This document shows, piece by piece, positions 1 through 9,397 of a DNA stretch of 26,945 nt. Each line of letters begins with the position of its first letter. The first letter of the stretch is position 1. The notes under the pieces were generated by a model. It saw only the letters and a program-made list of their open reading frames with translations, was not told the DNA's origin and searched no databases. Source of the stretch: Candidatus Latescibacterota bacterium. Its GTDB lineage: Bacteria > Latescibacterota > UBA2968. The stretch covers positions 1-26,945 of the forward strand of contig JAYODI010000071.1 in the NCBI GenBank assembly GCA_038279365.1. Reading direction: 5' to 3'. Made by a program: the position numbers and the translations under genes.

Positions 1-1
1 C

Positions 2-244
2 CAAACCTTCGATTTGGCAATCATAGACCTGGGATTACCCGATATGACAGGTGATCAAGTTGCCAAAACGATCAAAAAGTCAGTTCCTCACCTCCCCCTC
101 ATTATGATGACGGGGTGGGCCATGTCCGATACCGATCCCAAAATGCAATACTTTGAAAAACTCCTTCAAAAACCCATTTCAAATCCCGATGATCTTATAA
201 AAACGATATCCTCAATCATCAATACAAAACAAAAGGCCGAATAA
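2..244 (+). CDS. C-terminal part of a response-regulator receiver domain (5'-partial; possibly the end of a hybrid histidine kinase)
   Basis: Frame is open from the window edge (QTFDLAIIDLGLPDMTG...LIMMTGW...LLQKP). It shows the phospho-acceptor Asp motif, the conserved Thr and the KP motif of REC domains. Confidence 0.85.
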   Translation, partial: QTFDLAIIDLGLPDMTGDQVAKTIKKSVPHLPLIMMTGWAMSDTDPKMQYFEKLLQKPISNPDDLIKTISSIINTKQKAE

Positions 245-266
245 TAAATATTCGGCCTTTTGTTTT
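226..266. terminator. Bidirectional intrinsic terminator between convergent genes
   Basis: Perfect 18-bp inverted repeat aaaacaaaaggccgaata (226-243) / tattcggccttttgtttt (249-266) with a 5-nt loop and A/T tracts on both sides. Confidence 0.85.
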
Positions 267-289
267 TATCATGCATCTATGCTGATCTA

Positions 290-673
290 TTAAACCATTT
301 TTTCTTTCCGATTCACCAACTGCACTGCAACACCCCAAGGATCTCTTAACATTGCCAACGTATCACCAGCATCTGTTTGGCTGGGTTCAAGAACCACTGT
401 TGCGCCAGCATCCTGCAAACGTTGAAAGTCTGCTTGGATATCTTCGCTATAATAAGCAAAGTGCAATATCAAATGGTTTATATTGGCATAATCGGGTGTT
501 TCAACACTGGATTGTTCATAAATTTCATACATCGTACCGTTGTCATCACCCAAAAACGTCATTTTCACAGGAGGCGGGCCTTGACGCACAATACGTAATC
601 CCAAATGTTTACAATACCAATCCGCTACAGCGTCCACATCATCTACTACAAAAGCAATATGCTCAATCTTCAT
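290..673 (-). CDS. VOC (glyoxalase/bleomycin resistance/dioxygenase) family protein
   Basis: MKIEHIAFVVDDVDAVADWY...YEIYE...HFAY...LRDPWGVAVQLV is a typical VOC pattern. The ATG at 673 is preceded by GAAAGGGG, so the longer ORF start at 769 (inside the upstream gene) is unlikely. Confidence 0.88.
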   Translation of the reverse strand: MKIEHIAFVVDDVDAVADWYCKHLGLRIVRQGPPPVKMTFLGDDNGTMYEIYEQSSVETPDYANINHLILHFAYYSEDIQADFQRLQDAGATVVLEPSQTDAGDTLAMLRDPWGVAVQLVNRKEKMV

Positions 674-720
674 TTCTTTACCCCTTTCAAACGATGGCAG
701 GAGAACAAACACCCGTTTAT

Positions 721-1740
721 CTACAGGTCTGCTTGTCCCTCCAATTGTAATGTATCTGCAAAATGACATCTTGAAAAATGTCCGGGTTCAATTTCACGAA
801 GTTCAGGAACTTCTTGTTTACACCGATCTTCAGCATATGCACACCGAGGATGAAATGCACACCCAGACGGTGCACGACTAGGATCTGCAACCTCACCAGA
901 CAACAACACCCTTTTCTTTTTTCTTTTCGGGTCAGGCACCGGAACAGCCGATAACAAGGCCTCCGTATAAGGATGCAGGGGTTTTTCGTATAACTGATCT
1001 ACTGGCGACAACTCAACAATTTTGCCCACATACATCACCGCCACACGATCAGAAATATGCCGAACCACACTGAGATCGTGTGCAACAAACAAATATGTAA
1101 GAGCAAACTCTTCTTGCAAATCTTGAAGCAAATTTAGGGCTTGTGCTTGCACTGATACATCTAAGGCCGAAACAGGTTCGTCACAGACCACCAATTTGGG
1201 GTGAAGTGCAAGTGCCCGAGCAATTCCTATACGCTGCCGTTGTCCCCCACTAAATGCATGGGGATATCGGCGCAAAAAATGAGGTTTAAGGCCCACTTGT
1301 ACCAACAATTCTTGCACGCGTTCTTCTCGCTCTTTTCGATCGGTTACACCATTTACCAACAACGGTTCTCCCACAAGATCCAATACCGTCATGCGTGGGT
1401 TCAGCGAAGCATAAGGGTCTTGAAAAATCATTTGCATGTGTCGCCGCAGTTTCTTTAAGACATCAGGTGTCGCGCTGGCAACATCTACAATTTGTTGATC
1501 TTGTTTAAAAAGAACTTTTCCAGCAGTGGGTGTCAGTGCGCGCAAAATCGTTCTTCCCACCGTCGTCTTACCAGATCCACTCTCTCCCACCAAACCCAAA
1601 CATTCTCCTTCAAACAAATCAAAACTCACCCCATCAACCGCTTTGACCTGTCCCACCACTTTATTAAAAAAGCCTTTTACAATTGGAAAATGCTTCTTAA
1701 GTGCTTGCACTTGTAACAACGGTATTTGCCCCTCACCCAC
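721..1740 (-). CDS. Peptide/oligosaccharide ABC transporter ATP-binding subunit (OppF/DppF-like)
   Basis: Walker [23 protein letters not shown], signature FSGGQRQR, Walker B VVCDEP, and a C-terminal HPYT...CAFHPRC...C...C domain. GTG at 1740 follows GAGGAGG. Confidence 0.95.
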   Translation of the reverse strand: MGEGQIPLLQVQALKKHFPIVKGFFNKVVGQVKAVDGVSFDLFEGECLGLVGESGSGKTTVGRTILRALTPTAGKVLFKQDQQIVDVASATPDVLKKLRRHMQMIFQDPYASLNPRMTVLDLVGEPLLVNGVTDRKEREERVQELLVQVGLKPHFLRRYPHAFSGGQRQRIGIARALALHPKLVVCDEPVSALDVSVQAQALNLLQDLQEEFALTYLFVAHDLSVVRHISDRVAVMYVGKIVELSPVDQLYEKPLHPYTEALLSAVPVPDPKRKKKRVLLSGEVADPSRAPSGCAFHPRCAYAEDRCKQEVPELREIEPGHFSRCHFADTLQLEGQADL

Positions 1741-2740
1741 GCGCCACCTCCTCTTGATACAACACACAGGCCACTTGGTGGTCAGATTTCAATGTCATTA
1801 ACTCAGGTCGCTCTCCCACATCACATATCCCTTTTTTAGCCTCTTCACAACGCGGGTGAAAAGGACATCCATTGAGTTGTGAAAATGGATCGGGCACCGA
1901 ACCCTTAATGGTTTTTAAACGCGTCTTGCGCCCAGTGCCCATGCCAGGTATAGATTGCATCAACGCGCGCGTATAAGGATGTTTTGGATGCGCAAAAATC
2001 TCTTCTGTTGAAGCCTGCTCCACCACGCGCCCCAAATACATTACAGCGACTTCATCTGCAACTTCAGCAACCACGCCTAAGTCGTGCGTAATCAGCATAA
2101 TCGACATGTCAAATTCTATTTGCAAATCGCGCATCAAATCCAAAATTTGGGCCTGAATGGTCACATCCAGTGCGGTAGTAGGTTCATCGGCAATTAAAAG
2201 TGCGGGTTGGCAGGACAAGGCCATAGCAATCATTACACGCTGGCGCATTCCACCACTCAACTCATGTGGATATTGCGCAAATCGCCGTGCTGGATCAGGA
2301 ATACCGACACGATCCAACATATGTACAGCGTGGGCATCTGCCTCTTCACCTTTCATATCGGTGTGCAGTTCTATTGCTTCTACAATTTGAAACCCTACCG
2401 TATGAACAGGGCTCAACGACGTCATGGGTTCCTGAAAGATCATGGCTATCTCTTTGCCCCGAATGGCACGAATCAGATCACCTTCATCTGCCAAATCAGT
2501 CAAAACCACATCCCCCGTTTTCTGGTGTAATATGATATCACCACTCACTATTTTTCCAGGTTCAGCAACCAAGCGCAGCGATGAAAATGCAGTAACACTT
2601 TTACCACACCCACTTTCACCTACAATGCCAATGGTTTTTCCACGTGGGATTTCCAAGTCAACGCCATCCACTGCGCGGACGATGCCTTCATCAAGAAAAA
2701 AGTGGGTTTTTAAACCACGAATGCTTAAAACTGAATCCAC
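1733..2740 (-). CDS. Peptide/oligosaccharide ABC transporter ATP-binding subunit (OppD/DppD-like)
   Basis: [35 protein letters not shown] and HPYT...CPFHPRC. GTG at 2740 follows AGGGAG. Overlaps the next gene by 8 nt. Confidence 0.95.
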   Translation of the reverse strand: MDSVLSIRGLKTHFFLDEGIVRAVDGVDLEIPRGKTIGIVGESGCGKSVTAFSSLRLVAEPGKIVSGDIILHQKTGDVVLTDLADEGDLIRAIRGKEIAMIFQEPMTSLSPVHTVGFQIVEAIELHTDMKGEEADAHAVHMLDRVGIPDPARRFAQYPHELSGGMRQRVMIAMALSCQPALLIADEPTTALDVTIQAQILDLMRDLQIEFDMSIMLITHDLGVVAEVADEVAVMYLGRVVEQASTEEIFAHPKHPYTRALMQSIPGMGTGRKTRLKTIKGSVPDPFSQLNGCPFHPRCEEAKKGICDVGERPELMTLKSDHQVACVLYQEEVARG

Positions 2741-2774
2741 AAAACACTCCCTACACATAATCTAATGATTGGCC

Positions 2775-3944
2775 TTACCGAGAATATGGATCGGCCGCAT
2801 CGCGCAAACCGTCGCCAACAAAGTTAAACGCCAATACAGTAATAATCACAAAAATAACAGGGGTTAATAACCACGGTTGGAATGCAACCGCCTGCACATT
2901 TTGAGCCTCTTTCAACAATACCCCCCAACTTGTAACAGGAGGTCGCAACCCCAACCCCAAAAAACTTAATGATGTTTCGCCCAAAATCATACCCGGCACC
3001 GCCAATGTAATGCTCACAATAATATGGCTCATAAAAGAGGGAAGCAAATGCCGAGTCATAATGCGCCATTTGCTGGCTCCAGCAAGCAAAGCGGCAGTTG
3101 CAAAATCTTCTTCACGCAAAGAAAGTATTTTTCCACGCACTTGCCGAGCCAATCCTGTCCAACCAATAAAAGACAACACAACCGTGATGCCCATATACAC
3201 CTGTAACGGTGACCAAGACGACGGCAACGAAGCAGCAAGTGCCATCCACAGCGGAATGGACGGGAAGGATCGCAAAATTTCTATGCCGCGCTGAATAACA
3301 TTGTCAATCCATCCTCCATAATAGCCCGATACAACACCAATAACCAAACCAAACACAAAACTTAAAGCCACCCCCACCAGACCAATCGTTAAAGAAATAC
3401 GAGAGCCATAAATGATGCGCGACAACAAATCTCGCCCCAAATGGTCTGTGCCCAACAAAAACAACGAACCACCAGGTTCAACACCAAACAAGTGAAGATC
3501 CGTTTTAAAAAGCCCCCAAAAATGATAAGTCTCTCCACGCACAAAAAGTCTGAGGGCATATTTTTTACTTTGATCTTCTATATAAAACTTACGCAATGTT
3601 TCAGGGTGACGCACGCCTTTGAGGCCATAAACAAATGGCCACAAATGAAGCCCTTCATCCGACACAAAATGCAATCTTTGCGGCGGTGCAAAAGCATACT
3701 CCACTTGCCTATGATCTAGTGTATAAGGTGCCAAAAATTCACAAAAAACAGCAACCACATACAAACACACAATGACCAACCCCGCAGCCATGGCCAAGCG
3801 GTGTTTGCGAAACTTCCACCACATCAGTTGCCATTGTGAAGCCGCATGTGCATGGCTTTCGGCCTCTGCATCTAATCCTGCAATACCCTCACCATGCTCC
3901 TCATCCATATCGAGGGTTTCTACCTCTTCTTTCCCAATGGCCAT
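2775..3944 (-). CDS. ABC transporter permease (OppC/DppC-like)
   Basis: SQWQLMWWKFRKH, LLGTDHLGRDLLSRIIYGSRISL, EAA-loop region, LSFLGLG and the C-terminal FNFVGDGLRDAADPY. Multiple TM segments. Confidence 0.95.
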   Translation of the reverse strand: MAIGKEEVETLDMDEEHGEGIAGLDAEAESHAHAASQWQLMWWKFRKHRLAMAAGLVIVCLYVVAVFCEFLAPYTLDHRQVEYAFAPPQRLHFVSDEGLHLWPFVYGLKGVRHPETLRKFYIEDQSKKYALRLFVRGETYHFWGLFKTDLHLFGVEPGGSLFLLGTDHLGRDLLSRIIYGSRISLTIGLVGVALSFVFGLVIGVVSGYYGGWIDNVIQRGIEILRSFPSIPLWMALAASLPSSWSPLQVYMGITVVLSFIGWTGLARQVRGKILSLREEDFATAALLAGASKWRIMTRHLLPSFMSHIIVSITLAVPGMILGETSLSFLGLGLRPPVTSWGVLLKEAQNVQAVAFQPWLLTPVIFVIITVLAFNFVGDGLRDAADPYSR

Positions 3945-3946
3945 AT

Positions 3947-4942
3947 TTACCGATCTCCCTCTCCATATCGAATGCGCGGATCAAGCCACAGCAACAAAAT
4001 ATCAGATATCAATGTGCCAATCAGTGTGAGCACACTCAACATCATCACCATACTTCCCGCCAAATACATATCTTGATTCATTAAGGCTCGAAGCAACAAT
4101 GGGCCAGTTGTCGGCAAACCCAACACAACCGATGTAATGGTTGCCCCAGAAACAATACCTGGCAACACCCAACCAACCGTACTCACCAATGGATTGAGTG
4201 CCACCCGCACAGGGTACCGCATCAACAACTTCCAATAACGCACCCCTTTTGCCCGAGCAGTCATCACATATTGCTTACGCAATTCATCCAACAAATTGGC
4301 ACGCATCACACGAATTAAACCTGCTGTGCCCGATGTGCCAATAACCACCACAGGTATCCACAAATGGCCCAACAGATCAACAAATTTGCCAAATGACCAG
4401 GCGGCACTTTGATACTCAGGAGAAAACAGCCCACCAGCACTCACCCCAAACACCGAATAACCAATATACATAAAAACCAAGGCCAATAAAAAATTGGGGG
4501 TGGCCAAACCAATAAATCCTAAAAATGTAAAACAATAATCAGGTAATGAATACTGCTTGACCGCCGAATAAATGCCAATGGGGATGGCCAATGCCCACGT
4601 CATGAGCAATGTTGCAATGGAAATTACTGTGGTTAAAAACAAACGCTCACCTATCAATTCTGTCACGGGTCGATTCCACTCAAAAGACATGCCCATATCG
4701 CCTTGCAACATACCCGTAAGCCAACGCCAATATTGCACCATAAAAGGCTGATCCAGGTTATACCGAGCGCGTAAGGCAGCGGCTTGTGCTTCATCAACTG
4801 TTTCACCCGTTTCTCCCAATGCCGCGATATAGGAAGTCAAATAATCACCAGGCGGTAACTGAATAATGGTAAAAGAGATAAACGAAATCAAAACTGTTGT
4901 GGGCAACATCCACAACAACCGTTTGACAATCAAGTTTAACAC
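3947..4942 (-). CDS. ABC transporter permease (OppB/DppB-like)
   Basis: IIQLPPGDY, YNLDQP..QYWRW, GDMGMSF, YVMTARAKG and LDPRIRY. GTG start follows AGGAGA. Confidence 0.95.
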   Translation of the reverse strand: MLNLIVKRLLWMLPTTVLISFISFTIIQLPPGDYLTSYIAALGETGETVDEAQAAALRARYNLDQPFMVQYWRWLTGMLQGDMGMSFEWNRPVTELIGERLFLTTVISIATLLMTWALAIPIGIYSAVKQYSLPDYCFTFLGFIGLATPNFLLALVFMYIGYSVFGVSAGGLFSPEYQSAAWSFGKFVDLLGHLWIPVVVIGTSGTAGLIRVMRANLLDELRKQYVMTARAKGVRYWKLLMRYPVRVALNPLVSTVGWVLPGIVSGATITSVVLGLPTTGPLLLRALMNQDMYLAGSMVMMLSVLTLIGTLISDILLLWLDPRIRYGEGDR

Positions 4943-4994
4943 ACAGATCTCCTAATATAATTGGGAATGAAAAGTTAAAGAAACAAAGCCATTC

Positions 4995-5135
4995 TTAAGA
5001 AGCCGTTTTAAAATGTCGCTTTTATACCAAAGGACACAAAAAAAGTCGTGAGCAAGGCGGGCGATTGGCCCCAATGCCATTACGGTTTTTGTGGCCATCC
5101 AACGCCCAATTGGAGGATTTAAAACAGTTTTTTAA
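4995..5135. repeat. MITE/REP-like structured intergenic element with imperfect terminal inverted repeats
   Basis: Left end ttaagaagccgttttaaa matches the reverse complement of the right end (ttaaaaaactgttttaaa) at 15/18 positions. TTAA lies at both ends. Internal hairpin gggcgattggcc...ggccatccaacgccc (~5059-5107). No coding capacity. Confidence 0.5.
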
Positions 5136-5152
5136 ACCTCACTTACTGCTTT

Positions 5153-7249
5153 TTAGTTGTCAATGACATAACATTCTACAGCTGTGTTCCCTGGCGTTCG
5201 AAAAGACCACCCAGACATCGCCACATCAGGTACATTGCGAAAAGAGTTTTTCACCAAAAAGAAAGACGGCACCTCGCCCACTGTGCCAATGACCCACAAG
5301 TTCTTTCGATTCAAATCAATAATTTCTTTCATCAATCGAACTTGTCCTGCTGGCTCGGCAGTGCGCTCTATTTCCCAAAACAGTTCGATCACCCGACGAA
5401 TATCTCCCGTAGGTTCTTCCCCTCTTTTGCCATCAGTACTATACCAGCGTGCAAAATCAACGGCATGGATAGACTCATCACTAAAAGGAACCAACCAGCG
5501 AGGGTCTAAAACGGCAATCTGCTCATCAGAACCGCCCCAAACGCCAACATCGTGCATACTGCCTCGTTTGCGTTCATAAAAAAGCTGCCGAGCTTCATCT
5601 TTCACTTCGGCATTTACCCCCACATCTTTCCAATAACCAGCCACCAACTCCAATACCCGGTTGTTCATAGATGAGGTTTCAATATGCAAAAACAAAGGCG
5701 TTCCATCAGGGCGCAAACGCATACCATTTTCGTTTTTCACCAACCCCATTTCATCCAAAAGTGCATTTGCTTTTTCAGGTGCATATTCGATATAAGCCGA
5801 TTCATATTCGGCATCATAAAAAGGAGAGGTTGGTGGTGGACTTGATTGGCGAGGTTTTCCAATGCCAAAAAAATCGGCCTCGTTGAGTTCGTCTCGATTA
5901 AGTGCAAGAGACAACGCTTTACGAAAACGGTGGTCCCGTATGATTTTGCGCATGACAGGATCTTTGTGATTCAAATTCAATGCAATGTTATTTGTGCCAC
6001 CCGAACCATTTAACCAATGTACCACCCGATAATCACCCTTTTCTCGACCTTCCATAAAAAGCGGGTAATTTTGAAATTGTAAATGTCTCGACTGCATCCC
6101 AATTTCACCATTGATGGCTTTTAAATTTATGGTTTCTGCATCAAATATTTCAAATGTCATACGGTCTATATAGGGCAACTGATTGCCATCGGTGTCCACT
6201 TTCCAATAATATGGATTGCGCTCCAAAACTGAAGGACGTGCAGGGGGTGGTTCAATAACAATCCAGGGCCATAATCTTGGAATATCGGGATTTCTCCAAT
6301 CGTATTTGTCTTCGAACAACTGCTTCCACAAATCAAAACCCGCTTCATTGGCCAAATGTTCCAATTGATCTAAATTGGTGTATTTGGGGTGAAATTGCTT
6401 CATATAATGCGCCGGATATCGCAGCATTTCATACCCACGACCAGACGCCAGTTTTTGCAAAAACAATCCATTGGGCTCAGAAAATGTGAACCTGATGGTA
6501 GAGGCATCGACAACATCAAATGCCATCAATTCCCCACCCCGCTTAAAATCACGTGGTATCACCGGCGTAATTTCGGGGTCCTTGAGAACATCTTCATACC
6601 AAAACGTGAGGTCATCTACACCAAACGGATGTCCGTCTGACCACTTAACACCTTCGCGTAGCCAAAATGTATAAACGCGCCCACTGTCTGCAATTTCCCA
6701 ACGAATGGCCAAGTTTGGCCAAACTTCTCGGCCCATAGGGTCCCAGCGCACCAAACCTTCATACGCCAAACGCGCCTCAACAACCCCAATATCGCGCGGT
6801 CCATCTGCAAAACGCGTCCAAGTCCCCCCATAAGGCCCATTTTGGTCAGGGGGAGTGATGACCAATGGATTTTGAGGCAATCGCGCTTCTACTGGGGGCA
6901 AAGCCCCAGCAACAACTTTCTCTTTGAGCATAGGGGCTTCCTGAAAAACACCATCATTAGCCCACTCTCCCACAGTGTGTATCCGAACAGGTGCTGTGGG
7001 GTGCCGGTCTGGAACCGAAATGTCTCCAGTCTTTTCAAAACGCAAAGACTTTACAACAGGTACAGAACCGTCTTTGGGCAAAGCAACCACCTTGCCCATT
7101 GCAGCTTCAAAAGCAGCTGCCTTTGCAATAGAAGCGGGGTCTTTGGGTGCAAGGTAATAGGTAAAATATCCTAACACCTGAACCAACAGAACAAATCCTA
7201 TTAAAACCGCAGCAAACGCCAAAACTATTTTTGTTACAAATGCATTCAT
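5153..7249 (-). CDS. ABC substrate-binding protein, family 5 (OppA/DppA fold), with N-terminal TM anchor; paralog 1
   Basis: EAPML...LPPVEARLP, GPYGGTW, FWLREGVKWSDGHPF..DD, LERNPYYWKVDTDGNQLPYID and FRKALSLALNR. ATG at 7249 follows AGGAA. The N-terminal helix is hydrophobic and has no lipobox Cys. Confidence 0.92.
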   Translation of the reverse strand: MNAFVTKIVLAFAAVLIGFVLLVQVLGYFTYYLAPKDPASIAKAAAFEAAMGKVVALPKDGSVPVVKSLRFEKTGDISVPDRHPTAPVRIHTVGEWANDGVFQEAPMLKEKVVAGALPPVEARLPQNPLVITPPDQNGPYGGTWTRFADGPRDIGVVEARLAYEGLVRWDPMGREVWPNLAIRWEIADSGRVYTFWLREGVKWSDGHPFGVDDLTFWYEDVLKDPEITPVIPRDFKRGGELMAFDVVDASTIRFTFSEPNGLFLQKLASGRGYEMLRYPAHYMKQFHPKYTNLDQLEHLANEAGFDLWKQLFEDKYDWRNPDIPRLWPWIVIEPPPARPSVLERNPYYWKVDTDGNQLPYIDRMTFEIFDAETINLKAINGEIGMQSRHLQFQNYPLFMEGREKGDYRVVHWLNGSGGTNNIALNLNHKDPVMRKIIRDHRFRKALSLALNRDELNEADFFGIGKPRQSSPPPTSPFYDAEYESAYIEYAPEKANALLDEMGLVKNENGMRLRPDGTPLFLHIETSSMNNRVLELVAGYWKDVGVNAEVKDEARQLFYERKRGSMHDVGVWGGSDEQIAVLDPRWLVPFSDESIHAVDFARWYSTDGKRGEEPTGDIRRVIELFWEIERTAEPAGQVRLMKEIIDLNRKNLWVIGTVGEVPSFFLVKNSFRNVPDVAMSGWSFRTPGNTAVECYVIDN

Positions 7250-7336
7250 AAAGTTCCTAACCAGCACATGATCATTTTAAGAAACTGTTCTTTTGTGGCT
7301 TTTCAACATAATACCAGCCCCACAAAGACACCAAAC

Positions 7337-9397
7337 CTAATTTTGAATGGCATAACACTCAACAGCCGTATTGCCAGGGGTGCGAAACATCCACCCTGTT
7401 ACAGAATTATCGGGCACATTTCGAAAAGAATTCTTGACCACAAAAATGACGGGCACTTCACCAATCAATCCTATGGTCCACAAATTTTCCTCATTCAATT
7501 TCAATATTTTCTGAAACAACCGAATCTGTTCACGCTTATCAGACGTGCGCTCAATTTCCCGAAAAGCAGCCATTGCTTCTTGCATTTCAGGAGGCGGCAC
7601 TTCACCTCCTTTGCCATCTGTATTAAACCAATGCCCATACCCAACAGCATGAAATGCATCTCGACTTACAGGCACCAACCACCGAGGGGCCAACAAGGGT
7701 ATTTGCTCATCCGAACTGCTCCAAACAGTAACATCGTGTAACTTGCCATGGATGCGCTGTTGCCACAACGGCCGGGCCATATCCTTCACTTCGGTATCTA
7801 TACCTACTTTCCGCCAATGATCCGCAACCAATTCTATGATGGGGCTGCCACTAACAGATGCCACTTCCAGTGTCAACTTTAAAGGCCGTCCATCCGACAT
7901 AAGTCGCACACCGCGTTCATCGCGGGCAATCAAACCCATTTCATCTAATAGCACATTCGCACGTTCAACGTCATGATCGATAAAAGATTTTTCATATTCG
8001 GCAGAATAAAAATCAGATGTTTTAGGCGGCCCCATTTGGCGCGGTGTTCCCACACTAAAATACCCCACTTCATTGATCTCATCCCGATCAATAGCCAAAG
8101 ACAATGCTTGGCGAAAACGCTTATCTTCCAACAGGACGCGCATCACAGGATCTTTGTGATTCATGTTTGGCAAAATCGCAATGTCGCCACCGTTACCTGG
8201 CGTCCAATGCAAAACCCGATATCCTCCTTGCTCACGATTTTCCATAAGCAAAGGATAATTTGTAAACAAGAGATGACGCGATTGCATGCCCATTTCACCA
8301 TTTATGGCTTTTAAATTGATCGTCTCTCGATCATAAATTTCAAATGTCATGCGATCGATATACGGCAACTGATTGCCATCAGGGTCGACCTTCCAATAAT
8401 AGGGATTACGCTCCAAGACAACAGGTCGAGCCGGTGGTGGTTCTTTTATCAACCATGGCCAAATTCGGGGCATCTCAACATTGCGCCAATCGCGTTTGTC
8501 ATTAAACAAACGGCTCCAAAGATCCAAGCCCGCTTCTTCGGCCAATGCTTCTAAGGTGGCCTCTGGCACAAATTCGGGGTGAAATTGTTTCAAATAATGC
8601 GCCGGATAACTCACCATTTCATACCCACGCCCAGATGCCAAATCATACAAAAACAAACCATGAGGCTCTTTAAAATGGAATCGAATTGTAAAATCATCTA
8701 TTTTCTCAAGACGCATGACCTCCCCACCCCGCTTAAAATCTCTGGGCACAACGGGCGTCAGCGTTTTGTTCAAAATTACATGCTGGTACCAAAAGACGAT
8801 ATCGTCTGCCGTGCACGGTTGGCCGTCTGACCATTTCACACCTCGCCGCAACCAAAAAGTGTAGGTTTGACTGTCTTGGCTTACTTCCCATTTTACGGCC
8901 AAATTGGGCAACACCTCGCGCGACATGGCATCCCAACGCACCAAACCATCATAGGCCAAACGAGCCTCTAAAATGCCTACGTCTTGTGGGCCATTCCCAA
9001 ATCGTGTCCAAGTGCCACCATAAGGACCATTTTGTTCGGGGGGCACGATCACCAATGGATCTACAGGCAAACGTTCTTCAACGGGTGGCAATTTGCCCTG
9101 TGCAACCAACTGCTGAAGCATAGGGGCTTGTGAAAAATGCCTTCCATTTGTAATGGGCCATTCTGCTACTTGATGCGCAGAAACGACTTTATGCTTATTT
9201 TTTTCCGTCTTCTCAAGATATTGGGTGGATATCTTGCCACCCATTTGGCGTTCAAATGCCGAGGCATGTAAAAGGGACTCTTTATCTTTTGGTGTTAAGG
9301 ACCACGTCACATATCCCAGCACCTCAACAACCAAAGCCAAGCCCACAAAAACACAAACCAATGCCCCCAAAACTTTTACAAAAAATACCTTATTCAT
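7337..9397 (-). CDS. ABC substrate-binding protein, family 5, with N-terminal TM anchor; paralog 2
   Basis: Same motifs as paralog 1 (QAPML...LPPVEERLP, GPYGGTW, VKWSDG, NPYYWKVDPDGNQLPYID, FRQALSLAIDR). Start overlaps the upstream stop (ATGA). Confidence 0.92.
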   Translation of the reverse strand: MNKVFFVKVLGALVCVFVGLALVVEVLGYVTWSLTPKDKESLLHASAFERQMGGKISTQYLEKTEKNKHKVVSAHQVAEWPITNGRHFSQAPMLQQLVAQGKLPPVEERLPVDPLVIVPPEQNGPYGGTWTRFGNGPQDVGILEARLAYDGLVRWDAMSREVLPNLAVKWEVSQDSQTYTFWLRRGVKWSDGQPCTADDIVFWYQHVILNKTLTPVVPRDFKRGGEVMRLEKIDDFTIRFHFKEPHGLFLYDLASGRGYEMVSYPAHYLKQFHPEFVPEATLEALAEEAGLDLWSRLFNDKRDWRNVEMPRIWPWLIKEPPPARPVVLERNPYYWKVDPDGNQLPYIDRMTFEIYDRETINLKAINGEMGMQSRHLLFTNYPLLMENREQGGYRVLHWTPGNGGDIAILPNMNHKDPVMRVLLEDKRFRQALSLAIDRDEINEVGYFSVGTPRQMGPPKTSDFYSAEYEKSFIDHDVERANVLLDEMGLIARDERGVRLMSDGRPLKLTLEVASVSGSPIIELVADHWRKVGIDTEVKDMARPLWQQRIHGKLHDVTVWSSSDEQIPLLAPRWLVPVSRDAFHAVGYGHWFNTDGKGGEVPPPEMQEAMAAFREIERTSDKREQIRLFQKILKLNEENLWTIGLIGEVPVIFVVKNSFRNVPDNSVTGWMFRTPGNTAVECYAIQN

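Noticed and set aside
9350-9397. Cys14 of SBP paralog 2 as a lipobox
   Set aside because: The ALV-C context does not fit [LVI][ASTVI][GAS]C, the Cys sits mid-helix, and the paralog has no Cys there.
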